Positions 11,331-21,953 of a stretch of DNA of 64,000 bases are shown here, piece after piece. Source of the DNA: an uncultured Gemmatimonadaceae bacterium. Its GTDB lineage: Bacteria > Gemmatimonadota > Gemmatimonadetes > Gemmatimonadales > Gemmatimonadaceae. The stretch covers positions 96,001 to 160,000 of the forward strand of contig CAWHHI010000003.1 in assembly GCA_963829055.1 (NCBI GenBank), written 5' to 3'. The notes beneath the pieces are model-generated. The model was not told the DNA's origin. It did no database searches and was given only the letters and a program-made list of their open reading frames with translations. The first letter of the stretch is position 1. Each line of letters begins with the position of its first letter. The translations under genes were made by a program, and so were the position numbers.

Positions 11331-11792
11331 ATGCATGTCGATCCGGATAACCCCGTCGTGGCGCTCTGCGCGGCGGGGATGGCGGTGGACGGCGATCGCG
11401 AGCAGGCACGCGCGCTGTTCATGCGCGCGTGGAGCATCCACCGTGACGACTACGAGGCGAGCATCGCAGCACACTTCCTCGCCCGTCATCAACCGACGGA
11501 CGAGGAAACGCTCGCCTGGAACGAGCGGGCACTCCGACACGCGACGATGGTCACCGACGGACGCACGACAGAATTTCTCGCCTCGCTGTACCTCAACGTC
11601 GGGGACTCCTACCTGGCAGCGCACCGTCTGGACGACGCCACAGCCGCGGCCCGGCTCGCGCGCACCCACCTCGCCGCGCTGCCTGCGGGAGGCTACCGCG
11701 ACTTCGTCGAGTACGGCATTCGACGACTCGAAGACCGCATCCTCTCCGCCAGGGGAGACGTCGACCTAACGCGTGAGCAGGCCACGTCGTGA
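11331..11792 (+). CDS. Helical TPR-like hypothetical protein
   Basis: DPDNPVVALC..GM, AAHFLARHQ, SLYLNVG; stop overlaps the next start. Confidence 0.75.
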   Translation: MHVDPDNPVVALCAAGMAVDGDREQARALFMRAWSIHRDDYEASIAAHFLARHQPTDEETLAWNERALRHATMVTDGRTTEFLASLYLNVGDSYLAAHRLDDATAAARLARTHLAALPAGGYRDFVEYGIRRLEDRILSARGDVDLTREQATS

Positions 11793-12568
11793 CCGCGAAC
11801 GTGATGAACACATCCGCGATCGTCCCAGCTGACTTCGCCGGGCGCGTCGTTCTCATCACGGGCGCGGCGCGCGGGCTCGGCCGTGCGGCGGCCGAGCGCT
11901 TCCACGCACGAGGGGCCTTCGTGGCGGTTCACGCCCGCGACATCACTCGCGCCTCGTCGGTCACGAGCGCGCTCGGCGACGGAGCCCTCGCGGTGGACGG
12001 GGATCTCACGCAGGACGGCGTGGCCGATGACCTCGTTAGGCGCGTGATCGACCGGTTCGGGCGTCTCGATGTGCTCGTCAACAACGCCGCCTCGGCACCA
12101 TCCACGCGCCTGGCCGACATTGACAGTGCGGAGTGGCGTGAGACGCTCGAAGTAAACCTCACTGCACCGTTTCTTCTGATTCGCGCCGCGTTGCCGGCGA
12201 TGAAGGCACAGGGCTACGGGCGCATCGTCAACATCTCGTCCACCGCCGGCCGGATGGTCAGCACGCTCGCCGGCGCCCACTACACCGCGTCGAAAGCCGG
12301 CCTGCTCGGCCTAACGAGAGCGGCGGCGAAAGAGCTCGGGCGGTTTGGCATTACCGTGAACGCCGTCTGCCCCGGCATGATCGACACCGAGCTGACGCGC
12401 GAGCACGCGACGCCTGAACGGCTCGCGGAGCTCGCTGCCGGATACCCAGTACCGCGACTGGGGACGCCACGGGAAGTGGCGGACGTGATCTGCTTCGCGG
12501 CGTCCGAGGCGGCCGGCTACATCACCGGTGCGACGTTCGACATCAACGGCGGCGACCTGATGATGTAG
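11789..12568 (+). CDS. SDR family oxidoreductase
   Basis: TGAARGLG, NNA, YTASK, NAVCPG. Confidence 0.9.
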   Translation: MTANVMNTSAIVPADFAGRVVLITGAARGLGRAAAERFHARGAFVAVHARDITRASSVTSALGDGALAVDGDLTQDGVADDLVRRVIDRFGRLDVLVNNAASAPSTRLADIDSAEWRETLEVNLTAPFLLIRAALPAMKAQGYGRIVNISSTAGRMVSTLAGAHYTASKAGLLGLTRAAAKELGRFGITVNAVCPGMIDTELTREHATPERLAELAAGYPVPRLGTPREVADVICFAASEAAGYITGATFDINGGDLMM

Positions 12569-12710
12569 CAGGCGCGCCAATCGGGGTGCGAACTGGTCCG
12601 GCCCGGCTTCATTGAGTTTGCCGAGTCCGCGCGGCATCGTACGGAGGGTGACGTGTCGGCGAGCGATGTTCGATCGCGCCCGAACACGTCGCACGAACCA
12701 GGAGCCTTCG

Positions 12711-12977
12711 ATGAGCCTCGACAACATGCCCGACGAGTTTCCCTCCACGGAATCCCACGGTGAGCTGGTCCCGCCGCCGCGCAAACCTCCGACGGCGCTC
12801 ACCGCACCGGCGTCTGGGCCGGACCCACGGCGCCAGCTTCCCGCTCGCCGGTGGCAGAGTCCGACGGGGCACTCGGACATAAGTGAGGCGATGCTGCGCG
12901 CGGTCGACGCCGCGCTCGACACGCTGGACGCCGTTGGCGACGCGGTCCGTGAGACGGCGCTGCGTCTGGCGCGTTGA
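12711..12977 (+). CDS. Small hypothetical protein
   Basis: AGGAG RBS before ATG; Pro-rich N-terminus and amphipathic C-terminal helix. Confidence 0.55.
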   Translation: MSLDNMPDEFPSTESHGELVPPPRKPPTALTAPASGPDPRRQLPARRWQSPTGHSDISEAMLRAVDAALDTLDAVGDAVRETALRLAR

Positions 12978-12988
12978 CGCGCGGCTGC

Positions 12989-13302
12989 GTCATCCCGAGG
13001 AGCGCCAGAGACTGCCCTGAGGAGCGCAGCGACGAAGGGAGGACCTTCGGTAATGACATCGTCGCCTGTCACTTGCGCGACTCGAACGGCGGAACGCAGA
13101 GCGCTCTGAACGCCCAGAAGACGCAGAAGAGAAATGAACGAATTGCTCTTGCCGTTTTCTGCGTGGTCTGCGCGCTCTGAGCCGTCTGCGTTGCGTAGTG
13201 CGGCCGACGAGACATCTCGTTAGGGGAACTTCTATGAAGTCATCGTAGTCGGCCGGCCCACCACTCCTTCACAGGAGATCCCTCGCTGCCGCTCGGGATG
13301 AC
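12989..13302. repeat. GTCATCCCGAG...CTCGGGATGAC palindromic element enclosing an ACGCAGA/TCTGCG inverted repeat (about 13085-13195)
   Basis: Terminal inverted motif shared with 51797-51935. Confidence 0.7.
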
Positions 13303-13322
13303 GACGCTCGGGCTCACGATCG

Positions 13323-16010
13323 CTAATCACTCCGCAGTGCGAGCGTTGGATCGATCGCGATCGCCCGCCGCGCCGGAATCCAGCTCGCCGCGAAGGCCAC
13401 CGCACCGAGCACCACCACACTTCCCACATACGTGAGTGGGTCGGTCGCCTTCACGCCGAAGAGCAGATCAGCCATGAGTCGCGTGGCCGCCAGCGCAGCC
13501 ACCACACCGACCACGAGGCCCAGCACCGCGAGTCGCATCCCCTGCCCCACGACCAGCCGAAGCACGTCCGCCGGACGAGCGCCCAGTGCCATGCGGATGC
13601 CGATCTCGCGCGTCCGGCGTTTCACCGCGTGCGCCATGATCCCATAGATGCCCACGACGGCGAGCGTCAGCGCGACTCCACCGAACACACCGAGCAGCAG
13701 CATCGTGAACCGCGGCTGAGCGACGGAGAGGTCGATCATCTTCGTCATCGTGCGGATGTTCGTGATGGCGATCAGCGGATCGAGATCCCGGACTGCCTGA
13801 CGCGCCGCCGTAGCCAGCAGCAGTGGGTCACCCGCCGTGCGCATGATGACGTACATGGTTTGCGCCGTCGACTCCGTGATCGCGGGCATCTGCTCGTGCA
13901 GCAGGTAGACCTCGTCCGGCACGGGGGCACCGAGTCCCGTACTGCGAACATCTCGAGCCACGCCGACGACCGTGATCCACGGTTCCGTCGGTGAGAACCG
14001 GATCTGTTGGCCAACGGGGTCGCCACCAGGCCAGATCTCACGGGCCGCTGCCTCGTTGATCATCGCCACCGGCGTCGACCCGCCGGTATCGTCCCGGCCG
14101 AACATCCTGCCCTTCATCAGGGCGATAGAGAGAGTTTTGAAATAATCCGCCGTGACGACGCGCACGTTAGGCGACGGCGCCACCGTTCCGCGCGCTCTCG
14201 GGCGACCGAGGATCTCGACGTCCCAGTTACTCCCGCCGGAGACGGGCGGCAGGTCGGACGCGCCCGCGGCGATGGTGACACCGGGCAACGCCCCGACGCG
14301 CTCGATGAGTCGCCGGTAGAAAACGGTGGTCGCGTTAGGATCGTACCGCGCGGACGGGATGGAGAGGTCGATCGCGAGCACGTGGCTCGGGTCGAACCCC
14401 GGGTCCACGTTGCGCAGAGTCCAGAAGCTGCGCACGAGAAGCGCCGCGCCGATGACGACAACGACCGCGAGCGCCACTTCGCCCGTCACGAGCGCGCGGC
14501 CGAGGCGTTGCTGCCCGGTTCCGACGCTGCCTCCGCGCGTTCCTTCCTTGAGCGATGACTGCAACTCCGGTTGCGCGAGCTGCAAAGCCGGCGCGAGGCC
14601 GAAGACGATCCCGGTCGCGAGTGCGATCCCGAGCGTGACGAGTCCGACGGTCGCGTCGATCCGGACGAGCTCGAGCCGTGGAATGGCGTCCGGGTTCACC
14701 GCCAGCAGCGACTTCGTCCCGATCCACGCAAGCAACAACCCGACGATGCCGCCCGCGACTGCGAGGACCGCGCTCTCGGTGAGTAGCTGACGGACGATGC
14801 GTCCGCGATCGGCTCCGAGCGCGAGACGCACAGCGATCTCCCGTTGCCGTGCCTCGCCGCGAGCGAGGAGCAGGTTCGCGACGTTGGCGCACGCGATGAG
14901 TAGTACCAGCCCGACCGCGCCAAGCAGAATGAGGAGCGCCGGGCGGACGTCGCCGACGATCGCCTCGTGCATGGAGATGACCGTCGCGCCGTACCCCGTG
15001 GCGGGCGGGTAGACGTTAGGGTACCGCGCGGCCAAGGCGCGCGTCAGCGCGTTGAGCTCGCGTTGCGCCTGCTCGACCGAGATGTTCGGCGCGAGGCGCG
15101 CGACGCCGCTCAGGTAGTTCGTCGACCGCCCCTCCAGACTATCGGGATTGATGTACAGCGGAATGAACGCTTCCGCGCGCGCGATCGTGGCGTCGGGCGG
15201 AAGAATGCCGATCACGCGTCGGCTGACGCCGTTCATCGTGAGTGACCGCCCGAGTAGCGTTGGGTCGCCGCCGAATTGGCGTTGCCAGAAGTCGTACGTG
15301 ACAATGGTGACGGGCTCGCGACCGGTGCGCCCCTCGTCGCCCTCGAAGTTGCGTCCGCGGAGCGGCGTGATGCCGAGGACGGGAAACAGGTCGCGGGTGG
15401 CGGTAATGCCGCGCACACGCTGGGGCTCGCACGCACCGCCGGAACCGGAGCACCCACTGGTCAGTGTGAGGGCGGTGCCGGTGAACGCGGCGGCGTTCTG
15501 GAACACGTGCGTCAGGCCCTTGTAGTCCATGAACTCGGGCTGCGACATCGAGTAGCGTGAGATGCCGGAACCGCCGAACGACGTGTACACACGAACGAGC
15601 CGGTCGGGCGACGGGTACGGCAGCGGCCGCAGCAGCACGCCGTTCACGACGCTGAAGATGGCGGTGTTCGCCCCGATGCCTAACGCCAGCGTGAGCACCG
15701 CGATGAGGGTGAAGCCCGGGCTCCGGCGCAGGGCGCGGGCGGCATACCGAAGGTCCTGCATCAGCGCTTCCCACATGTCGGCGCGTCTCCGTTCCTGTTC
15801 GAGCAGGTGATCGATCTCCTCGCAACTCCGGCGAACCGCGGACACGTCGCCGAACCGTCGCAGCGCTTCCGCGCGCGCGGCCTCCACCGTCATGCCCTCC
15901 GCGACGTAGTCGTGGACCCGCGACTCGATGTGGAACTGGAGCTCCTCATCGACGTCCGCGGCTGGGTCGGCGCCCCAGAACCGCACGTAGCGGCGCCACT
16001 TCGGGATCAT
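13323..16010 (-). CDS. ADOP-type duplicated ABC permease (MacB/FtsX x2)
   Basis: [52 protein letters not shown] overlap with padR. Confidence 0.9.
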   Translation of the reverse strand: MIPKWRRYVRFWGADPAADVDEELQFHIESRVHDYVAEGMTVEAARAEALRRFGDVSAVRRSCEEIDHLLEQERRRADMWEALMQDLRYAARALRRSPGFTLIAVLTLALGIGANTAIFSVVNGVLLRPLPYPSPDRLVRVYTSFGGSGISRYSMSQPEFMDYKGLTHVFQNAAAFTGTALTLTSGCSGSGGACEPQRVRGITATRDLFPVLGITPLRGRNFEGDEGRTGREPVTIVTYDFWQRQFGGDPTLLGRSLTMNGVSRRVIGILPPDATIARAEAFIPLYINPDSLEGRSTNYLSGVARLAPNISVEQAQRELNALTRALAARYPNVYPPATGYGATVISMHEAIVGDVRPALLILLGAVGLVLLIACANVANLLLARGEARQREIAVRLALGADRGRIVRQLLTESAVLAVAGGIVGLLLAWIGTKSLLAVNPDAIPRLELVRIDATVGLVTLGIALATGIVFGLAPALQLAQPELQSSLKEGTRGGSVGTGQQRLGRALVTGEVALAVVVVIGAALLVRSFWTLRNVDPGFDPSHVLAIDLSIPSARYDPNATTVFYRRLIERVGALPGVTIAAGASDLPPVSGGSNWDVEILGRPRARGTVAPSPNVRVVTADYFKTLSIALMKGRMFGRDDTGGSTPVAMINEAAAREIWPGGDPVGQQIRFSPTEPWITVVGVARDVRSTGLGAPVPDEVYLLHEQMPAITESTAQTMYVIMRTAGDPLLLATAARQAVRDLDPLIAITNIRTMTKMIDLSVAQPRFTMLLLGVFGGVALTLAVVGIYGIMAHAVKRRTREIGIRMALGARPADVLRLVVGQGMRLAVLGLVVGVVAALAATRLMADLLFGVKATDPLTYVGSVVVLGAVAFAASWIPARRAIAIDPTLALRSD

Positions 16011-16351
16011 GCGGGCGCGGTCGTCGCGGTCAGCACCTTCGACACCGCCTGCGAGAACGTCGTCCACGTGGACGCCTCGGCCCGCAACTGCCGGCGGCCT
16101 TCAGCCGTGACGCGGTAGAACTTCGCGCGGCGGTTGTTCTCGGACACGCCCCACTCGCTCTCGACCCAGCCGCGTCGCTCGAGGCGGTGGAGCGCCGGGT
16201 ACAGCGATCCTTCCTCGATCTGCAGGACGTCGTCGGTGACCTGCTGGAGCCAGCGCGCGACGGCGTAGCCGTGCATGGGGCGCCAGCTCAGCGTCTTGAG
16301 AACGAGGACGTCGAGCGTGCCCTGGAGCAGGTCGACTGTGGGTTTGCTCAC
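16007..16351 (-). CDS. padR: PadR family regulator (acidobacterial type)
   Basis: [39 protein letters not shown]. Confidence 0.92.
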   Translation of the reverse strand: MSKPTVDLLQGTLDVLVLKTLSWRPMHGYAVARWLQQVTDDVLQIEEGSLYPALHRLERRGWVESEWGVSENNRRAKFYRVTAEGRRQLRAEASTWTTFSQAVSKVLTATTAPA

Positions 16352-16360
16352 GATGATTTC

Positions 16361-16414
16361 CCCATAGAGATTCTATGGGAGAGGATGGCATGCTTCCCAT
16401 AGAATGTCAATGGG
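16361..16414. promoter_or_regulatory. Two 8-3-8 palindromes, probable PadR operators
   Basis: CCCATAGA-gat-TCTATGGG (16361-16379) and CCCATAGA-atg-TCAATGGG (16396-16414) just upstream of padR. Confidence 0.75.
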
Positions 16415-16644
16415 AGTGGTCAGTTCGACTATGGTGCGGCTCGCCACCACTACGGCCTGCAGAGCGATGCATTGTCGCCCGTGTGCGGTCGACCTACATT
16501 CGCCTGTCGCGCCGGGCATGTCAGGCCTTCTTCGACCACTCGAACGACCATGACCCTTCGCGAGAAGCCGGAAGCCGTGAAGAGCCGCGACGCTCGCGAA
16601 CGATTACGCGTGGCACGACGGAATGCGTTAGGCGTGCGTCTCGC

Positions 16645-17088
16645 ATGACGTACCAACACACGCAACGCAGCCTGCAACTCGCGCTGCTCAACGGAGTCGT
16701 GGCGCTGATCCCCATCGGGATGCTCGCGAGCGGATCGCTCACGGGCGCCCCGACCGGCGCTTGGATTACGCTGCTGGCGACCATGCTCATTCTCCTCGTG
16801 AGCGCGTTCACGTTCTCGTCCTTCACGATCACGGTGGGCGACGGCCGCCTCGCGTGGTGGTTCGGACCGGGCCTGCTACGGAAGGAGATTCCGCTGGCGG
16901 CGGTCGTGTCGGCGGAGCCGACGACCACGAGTCTCGTCAATGGCTGGGGCATCCATCTGACCACGCGCGGGTGGCTGTACAACATCAAGGGTCGCCAAGC
17001 CGTGCTGGTGTCGCTGCGCGACGGGAAGCAGTTTCTGCTGGGCACTGACGAGCCAAGCGTGCTCGCGGAGGTACTGCTGTCGCCATGA
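16645..17088 (+). CDS. Hypothetical membrane protein
   Basis: Two TM helices followed by GWGIH..GWLYNI.G..LGTDEP. Confidence 0.75.
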   Translation: MTYQHTQRSLQLALLNGVVALIPIGMLASGSLTGAPTGAWITLLATMLILLVSAFTFSSFTITVGDGRLAWWFGPGLLRKEIPLAAVVSAEPTTTSLVNGWGIHLTTRGWLYNIKGRQAVLVSLRDGKQFLLGTDEPSVLAEVLLSP

Positions 17089-17537
17089 CTCGCGACTCCT
17101 TGTCTGGTACGTCGGATGACACTGCTCGCGACGCGATCGACGCGCTTCGCGATGCGTGGGTTGCGGCCGTTGCCGCGGGTGACGCTGGCGCGCTTCGAGA
17201 CATGGTCACGCCGGACTACGAGGTCTGGGCGCACGGCGCGCCGACGCTCGCCGGGCCGGACGCGGTCGTCGGGGCGATGCGAGCGGCTCTCGCCAAGTAC
17301 GCGATCACACAGTCGTATGAACCCATCGAGACCGTCGTCAGCGGCGACTGGGGATTCCAGCGCGGGATCGAGCGCATTCGCGCGGTGCCGCTCGACGGCG
17401 GGCCAGTCAGCGACGTCACGCAACGCGGTCTGCTGATCGTTCACCGAGGGGAGGACGGTCGCTGGCGATACGCTCGTGGAATGACGAATGGATTTCCGCC
17501 CGCTACGGCTGCGGCTGAACGGAGCCCTACCGCGTGA
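17085..17537 (+). CDS. SnoaL/DUF4440 NTF2-like protein
   Basis: W..A..AGD, SGDWGF, DGRWRY; overlapping start/stop. Confidence 0.8.
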   Translation: MTRDSLSGTSDDTARDAIDALRDAWVAAVAAGDAGALRDMVTPDYEVWAHGAPTLAGPDAVVGAMRAALAKYAITQSYEPIETVVSGDWGFQRGIERIRAVPLDGGPVSDVTQRGLLIVHRGEDGRWRYARGMTNGFPPATAAAERSPTA

Positions 17538-19516
17538 GCATGGACGCTCGCGATCCTAACGCGAAAGGCGTGAGCCGACGGGGCTTTGCCGCCACGCTGA
17601 TCGGTGCGGCCGGTTGGCTAGCGCTTCCACGGACGATCGGCGTCCGCGTCGACGAAGCCGCGCCCGACTATACGCTGCTCAGCGATGTGATGGTCACGAT
17701 GCGCGACGGCGTGCGGCTGGCGACCGACGTGTACGTGCCGGCCACCACGGGAAGTGCCGCAGCCGGAAAGCATCCCGTCATCCTCGAGCGGACACCGTAC
17801 AACAAGACCGCGCCGAGCCGCTCGGAGCGCACGCCGACAAACCCCACGCCGCTCGGCAGGGCCGAGGTGGCGGCGTTCTTCGCGCGGCGGGGGTACGCCG
17901 TCGTGTATCAGGATTGCCGCGGACGCTACAGGTCGGAAGGCGAGTTCGTGAAGTACCTGAGCGACGGGAACGACGGCTACGACACGTGTGCCTGGATCGT
18001 GAAGCAGCCGTGGTGCAACGGGCGCATCGCGACGATGGGACTGTCGTACGCCGCGCACACGCAGGGTGCGTTAGGCAGCGCGGGCGCGCCGGGCGTGGTG
18101 GCAATGTTCCTCGACTCCGGCGGGTTCTCGAACGCCTACCAGGACGGCATCCGGCAAGGCGGCGCCTTCGAGCTCAAGCAGGCGACGTGGGCGTTCAACC
18201 AGGCGCTCGAGAGTCCTGAGCTGCAGCGAGACCCCGCGAAGCTCGCGGCGATGAAGGCGATCGACATCCGCGACTGGTTCCGTCGCATGCCGTGGAAACG
18301 TGGGAATTCACCGGTGACGCTCGCGCCGGAGTACGAGAGCTACCTGTTCGAGCAGTGGGAGCACGGCGTCTTCGACGACTACTGGAAGCAGCTCGGCATC
18401 TACGGCGAGGGCTTCTACGACCAGTACGTGGACGCGGCGATGGTCCACATGTCATCGTGGTTCGATGCGTACACACGCACGGCGACGGACAACTACATCG
18501 GGCTGTCGAAACGGAAGCGCGGGCCGGTGCGCCTCATCATGGGGCCGTGGACGCATGGTGATCGCCAGCTCACGTACGTCGGCGATGTCGATTTCGGGCC
18601 TGACGCGACGATCGACGGTAACGTAGCGTCGGACTTCCTTACGCTGCGACTGCGATGGTTCGATCGCTGGCTCAAGGGCACGAAGAACGGCGTCGACGCC
18701 GAGCCGAAGGTGCGGATCTTCGTGATGGGTGGTGGCAGCGGACGAAGGAATGCCGCGGGACGTCTGGAGCATGGCGGCCGATGGCGCGCGGAGCATGACT
18801 GGCCGATCCCCGACACCCGGTGGACGCCGTACTACTTCGGCCGAGACGGTTCGCTGTCGGCCGCGAAGCCTTCTACGCCCGACGCGTGGCGCGAGTACCG
18901 GTTCGACCCGGCGCATCCGGTGCCGACGATCGGAGGGACGGTGACGTCGGGGCAGCCGGTCATGGTGGGTGGCGCGTTCGACCAGCGCGAGGGGCCGCGC
19001 TTCTTCGGGTCGACCGAGCCGTATCGCGCACTGGCAGAGCGTCAGGATGTGCTGGTGTTCCAGACGCCAGCGCTCGAGGCGGACGTGGAGGTGACGGGCC
19101 CGATCGCGGCGAATCTCTTTATCTCGTCGGACTGCCCGGACACGGATTTCACGATCAAGCTGGTGGACGTCCATCCGCCTAACGCTGACTACCCGGAAGG
19201 CTTCGCGATGAACGTCGCGGACGGCATTCTCAGGGTGCGATACCGCGATTCGTGGGAGAAGCCATCGCTGATGACGCCGGGCACCGTCTACCGAATTCAG
19301 GTCACGGCATTCCCGACGAGCAACCTCTTCGTGCGCGGGCACCGCATTCGGGTCGACGTGTCGAGCAGCAACTTCCCGCACTTCGATGTCAATCCCAATA
19401 CTGGAGAGCCCGAGGCGCGGGCGACGTCGCTGCGGATAGCGACAAACCGAGTATACCTCGACGCGTCTCGGCCATCACATATCATTCTGCCGATCATTCC
19501 GCGGCTGGCACGTTAG
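17534..19516 (+). CDS. CocE/NonD family serine hydrolase with Tat signal
   Basis: SRRGF Tat motif; MRDGVRLATD, RTPY, GLSY, GPWTH, SSNFP. Confidence 0.9.
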   Translation: MSMDARDPNAKGVSRRGFAATLIGAAGWLALPRTIGVRVDEAAPDYTLLSDVMVTMRDGVRLATDVYVPATTGSAAAGKHPVILERTPYNKTAPSRSERTPTNPTPLGRAEVAAFFARRGYAVVYQDCRGRYRSEGEFVKYLSDGNDGYDTCAWIVKQPWCNGRIATMGLSYAAHTQGALGSAGAPGVVAMFLDSGGFSNAYQDGIRQGGAFELKQATWAFNQALESPELQRDPAKLAAMKAIDIRDWFRRMPWKRGNSPVTLAPEYESYLFEQWEHGVFDDYWKQLGIYGEGFYDQYVDAAMVHMSSWFDAYTRTATDNYIGLSKRKRGPVRLIMGPWTHGDRQLTYVGDVDFGPDATIDGNVASDFLTLRLRWFDRWLKGTKNGVDAEPKVRIFVMGGGSGRRNAAGRLEHGGRWRAEHDWPIPDTRWTPYYFGRDGSLSAAKPSTPDAWREYRFDPAHPVPTIGGTVTSGQPVMVGGAFDQREGPRFFGSTEPYRALAERQDVLVFQTPALEADVEVTGPIAANLFISSDCPDTDFTIKLVDVHPPNADYPEGFAMNVADGILRVRYRDSWEKPSLMTPGTVYRIQVTAFPTSNLFVRGHRIRVDVSSSNFPHFDVNPNTGEPEARATSLRIATNRVYLDASRPSHIILPIIPRLAR

Positions 19517-19520
19517 GCGT

Positions 19521-19865
19521 TCTGGTCCATCGCGCCCGAGTCGGTGAGAACTACGATTCGGCGGATCTGTGCCGCGAAACTACCGGATACGACTTTGCAT
19601 CCACGCATCATCGCGCCGGGCCGGTGAGAACTGCGATTGGGCGGATGAAACGGAAGAATCAGGATACCGCTCGGTAGATCCGGCTCCTCGCGCCACGAGC
19701 CGGATTCTTTGGGGACGGCCGCTCGGGACGCAGGACTCTCCCGAGCGGCGGTTCACATTTTCTACGAGTCCGGCGAGAGCCAGCGTCGATGCAAAGCCTT
19801 ATCCGGCCGTTTTCCGTGTGATCCGCGTCATCGTTTTTCCCACCGGCCCGCGCGCGATGAGGCCT
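19521..19865. repeat. About 345-bp composite element, copy 1
   Basis: Collinear with the reverse complement of 58287-58633. Confidence 0.85.
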
Positions 19866-19880
19866 GAATGCAATGCCGCA

Positions 19881-21239
19881 TCAGATCCGCCCGATCGTCG
19901 TCCCCACCGGCCGCGGCGCGACGGACTTTCCCCTATAAGGAATCACGCCGACCAGCAATCCAATCACCAACAGCACGATCGACGTCAGCACCGCCCACTT
20001 GATCGTGAACCGCTGGTGATCCCCAAGCTCCACCTCGGCCAGGCCTACCAGTAGATACGTCGACGGCACCAAGGGACTCAGCAAGTGCACCGGCTGACCA
20101 ATCACGGACGCGCGCCCCATCTCGGCTGCCGAGATGCCGTAGGTTGCCGCCGCCTGGTTCAGGATCGGCAGTACGCCGAAGTAGAACGCGTCGTTCGACA
20201 GAAAGAACGTGAACGGGATGCTGAGCACGCTCGTCACGATCGCCATGTGCGGACCCAGGCTCGTCGGCACGAGCGCGACGACGCTGTTGCCCATCGCGTC
20301 GATCATCTTCGTGCCGCTCATGATGCCCGTGAGAATCCCCGCCGCGCAGATGACCGACGCCACCGCGAGCGCGTTCGCCGCGTGATCCGCTAAACGACCC
20401 TTCTGCTCATCCATGCTCGGATAGTTCACGACGAGCGCGACTGCATACGCGATCATGAACAGCACCGGCAGCGGTAGCACACCCGCGACGAGCGCCACGA
20501 GCAGCGCGAGCGTCAACACGACGTTGAACGCGAGCAGACGCGGGCGTCGGAGAGCCGCCGAGGCGACGCCGTCGTGCTCGTCCTCGAACGTGTCCTGGAC
20601 ACGCTGCATCGCCGCGGCGTCGAGCACGCCGACGCGCGCACGCTCGCGTTTCCCGAAGAGGTACGCGACGAAGATCACCCACAGCGCGCCACCGATCATC
20701 GCGGGAATCAGCGGCAGGAAGATCTCGCTCGCGTCCACACGCAAGGCGCTCGCGGCGCGCGCGGTCGGGCCACCCCATGGAAGGATGTTCATCACGCCGC
20801 CGGCCTGCATGATGACGCTCGCGAGCACGAGGCGGCTGAGTCCGAGTCGGCGATAGAGCGGCAGGAGTGCCGCCGTCACGATGAGATACGTCGTCGACCC
20901 GTCCCCATCGAGCGAGACGAGGAGCGTGAGGATCGAGGTCCCGACGACTATCTTGAGCGGGTCACCCTGCACCAGCCGCACGACGCGCTGCACCACCGGC
21001 TCGAACAGCCCGACGTCGATCATGACGCTGAAGAACAGGATCGCGAACAACAGCATCACGGCCGTCGGCGCGAGCGCCTTCACGCCATCGAGCATCATCG
21101 GGCCGAGGTTCGCGCGGAATCCCGCGATGAGCGCGAACGCGACCGGCACGAGAATCAGCGCGGTCAGCACCGACATGCGCTTCGTCATGATCAGCGCCAT
21201 GAAGACGGCGATCATGGTGAACGCCAGCACCGTCAACAT
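19881..21239 (-). CDS. CitMHS family citrate/metal:H+ symporter
   Basis: LDGDGSTTY, PWGGPTAR, SNDAFYFGVLP, HLLSPLVPSTYLL. Confidence 0.9.
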   Translation of the reverse strand: MLTVLAFTMIAVFMALIMTKRMSVLTALILVPVAFALIAGFRANLGPMMLDGVKALAPTAVMLLFAILFFSVMIDVGLFEPVVQRVVRLVQGDPLKIVVGTSILTLLVSLDGDGSTTYLIVTAALLPLYRRLGLSRLVLASVIMQAGGVMNILPWGGPTARAASALRVDASEIFLPLIPAMIGGALWVIFVAYLFGKRERARVGVLDAAAMQRVQDTFEDEHDGVASAALRRPRLLAFNVVLTLALLVALVAGVLPLPVLFMIAYAVALVVNYPSMDEQKGRLADHAANALAVASVICAAGILTGIMSGTKMIDAMGNSVVALVPTSLGPHMAIVTSVLSIPFTFFLSNDAFYFGVLPILNQAAATYGISAAEMGRASVIGQPVHLLSPLVPSTYLLVGLAEVELGDHQRFTIKWAVLTSIVLLVIGLLVGVIPYRGKSVAPRPVGTTIGRI

Positions 21240-21311
21240 TGACCTGGCATGAGAGGAGGCGCGTGAGGAGACCGGGATTCTCGCGCACGAGTCTACCACT
21301 TCGACGACGAC

Positions 21312-21797
21312 ATGGACACCTGCATTCAACCGCTCGCCGCCATTCTCCGTCTGAATCAGCGTCTCATGGTCAACTGTCTCGACGGCTTGACGGACGACGC
21401 AGCGCGACGGCGTCACGCGGAAGGTGTGAACAGTGCGACATTCATTGCCGCGCACGTGACGGACAGTCGCTTCTTCATATTGCGTCTGCTCGGTGGCTCG
21501 CTCGAGAATCCGCTGTCCTCGTCACTCGACAAGGCGAAGAGCATCGACGACATCACCGATTGGCCGTCGCTCGATACGATTCGCGCAGCGTGGACCAGCG
21601 TGTCCAGCGCGATCGACGCGCGTCTCGAGGAGATAACCGCCGAGGAGCTCTCGGCTCCGTCGGAGCGGGGATTTCCGGGCGTCGAGCGCACGCGCCTTGG
21701 CGTGCTGACGTTCCTCGTCCAGCACGACAGCTACCACGTCGGGCAACTCGCGCTCCTTCGCAAGCCGGCCGGTTTGCCGGCAATGAGCTATCGTTAG
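21312..21797 (+). CDS. DinB family protein
   Basis: NS..FIAAH and HDSYHVGQL motifs. Confidence 0.85.
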   Translation: MDTCIQPLAAILRLNQRLMVNCLDGLTDDAARRRHAEGVNSATFIAAHVTDSRFFILRLLGGSLENPLSSSLDKAKSIDDITDWPSLDTIRAAWTSVSSAIDARLEEITAEELSAPSERGFPGVERTRLGVLTFLVQHDSYHVGQLALLRKPAGLPAMSYR

Positions 21798-21801
21798 CGG
21801 T

Positions 21802-21939
21802 TGTCATTCCGAGCGAGCGGAGCGAGTCGAGGAATCGCGATCGTCCCGAGAGAGGGACCCTCTATGGCAGACAGTCTCGATTCCTCGACTCCGCGCCTTC
21901 GGCGCTCCGCTCGGAATGACAAACCCGCTCGGAATGACA
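21802..21939. repeat. GTCATTCCGAG...CTCGGAATGAC palindromic (REP-like) element
   Basis: Near-identical ends to 30756-30942. Confidence 0.85.
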
Positions 21940-21953
21940 TACGGGAGACGATC

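Noticed and set aside
19521..19865. CRISPR array interpretation of the repeated units here and at 30756-30942
   Set aside because: Units are few, degenerate and partly inverted, lack regular unique spacers, and no cas genes are present.
21801..21953. N-terminal extension of Map encoded by the palindromic element
   Set aside because: ATG 21954 has a GGGAG RBS and gives a normal-length Map.
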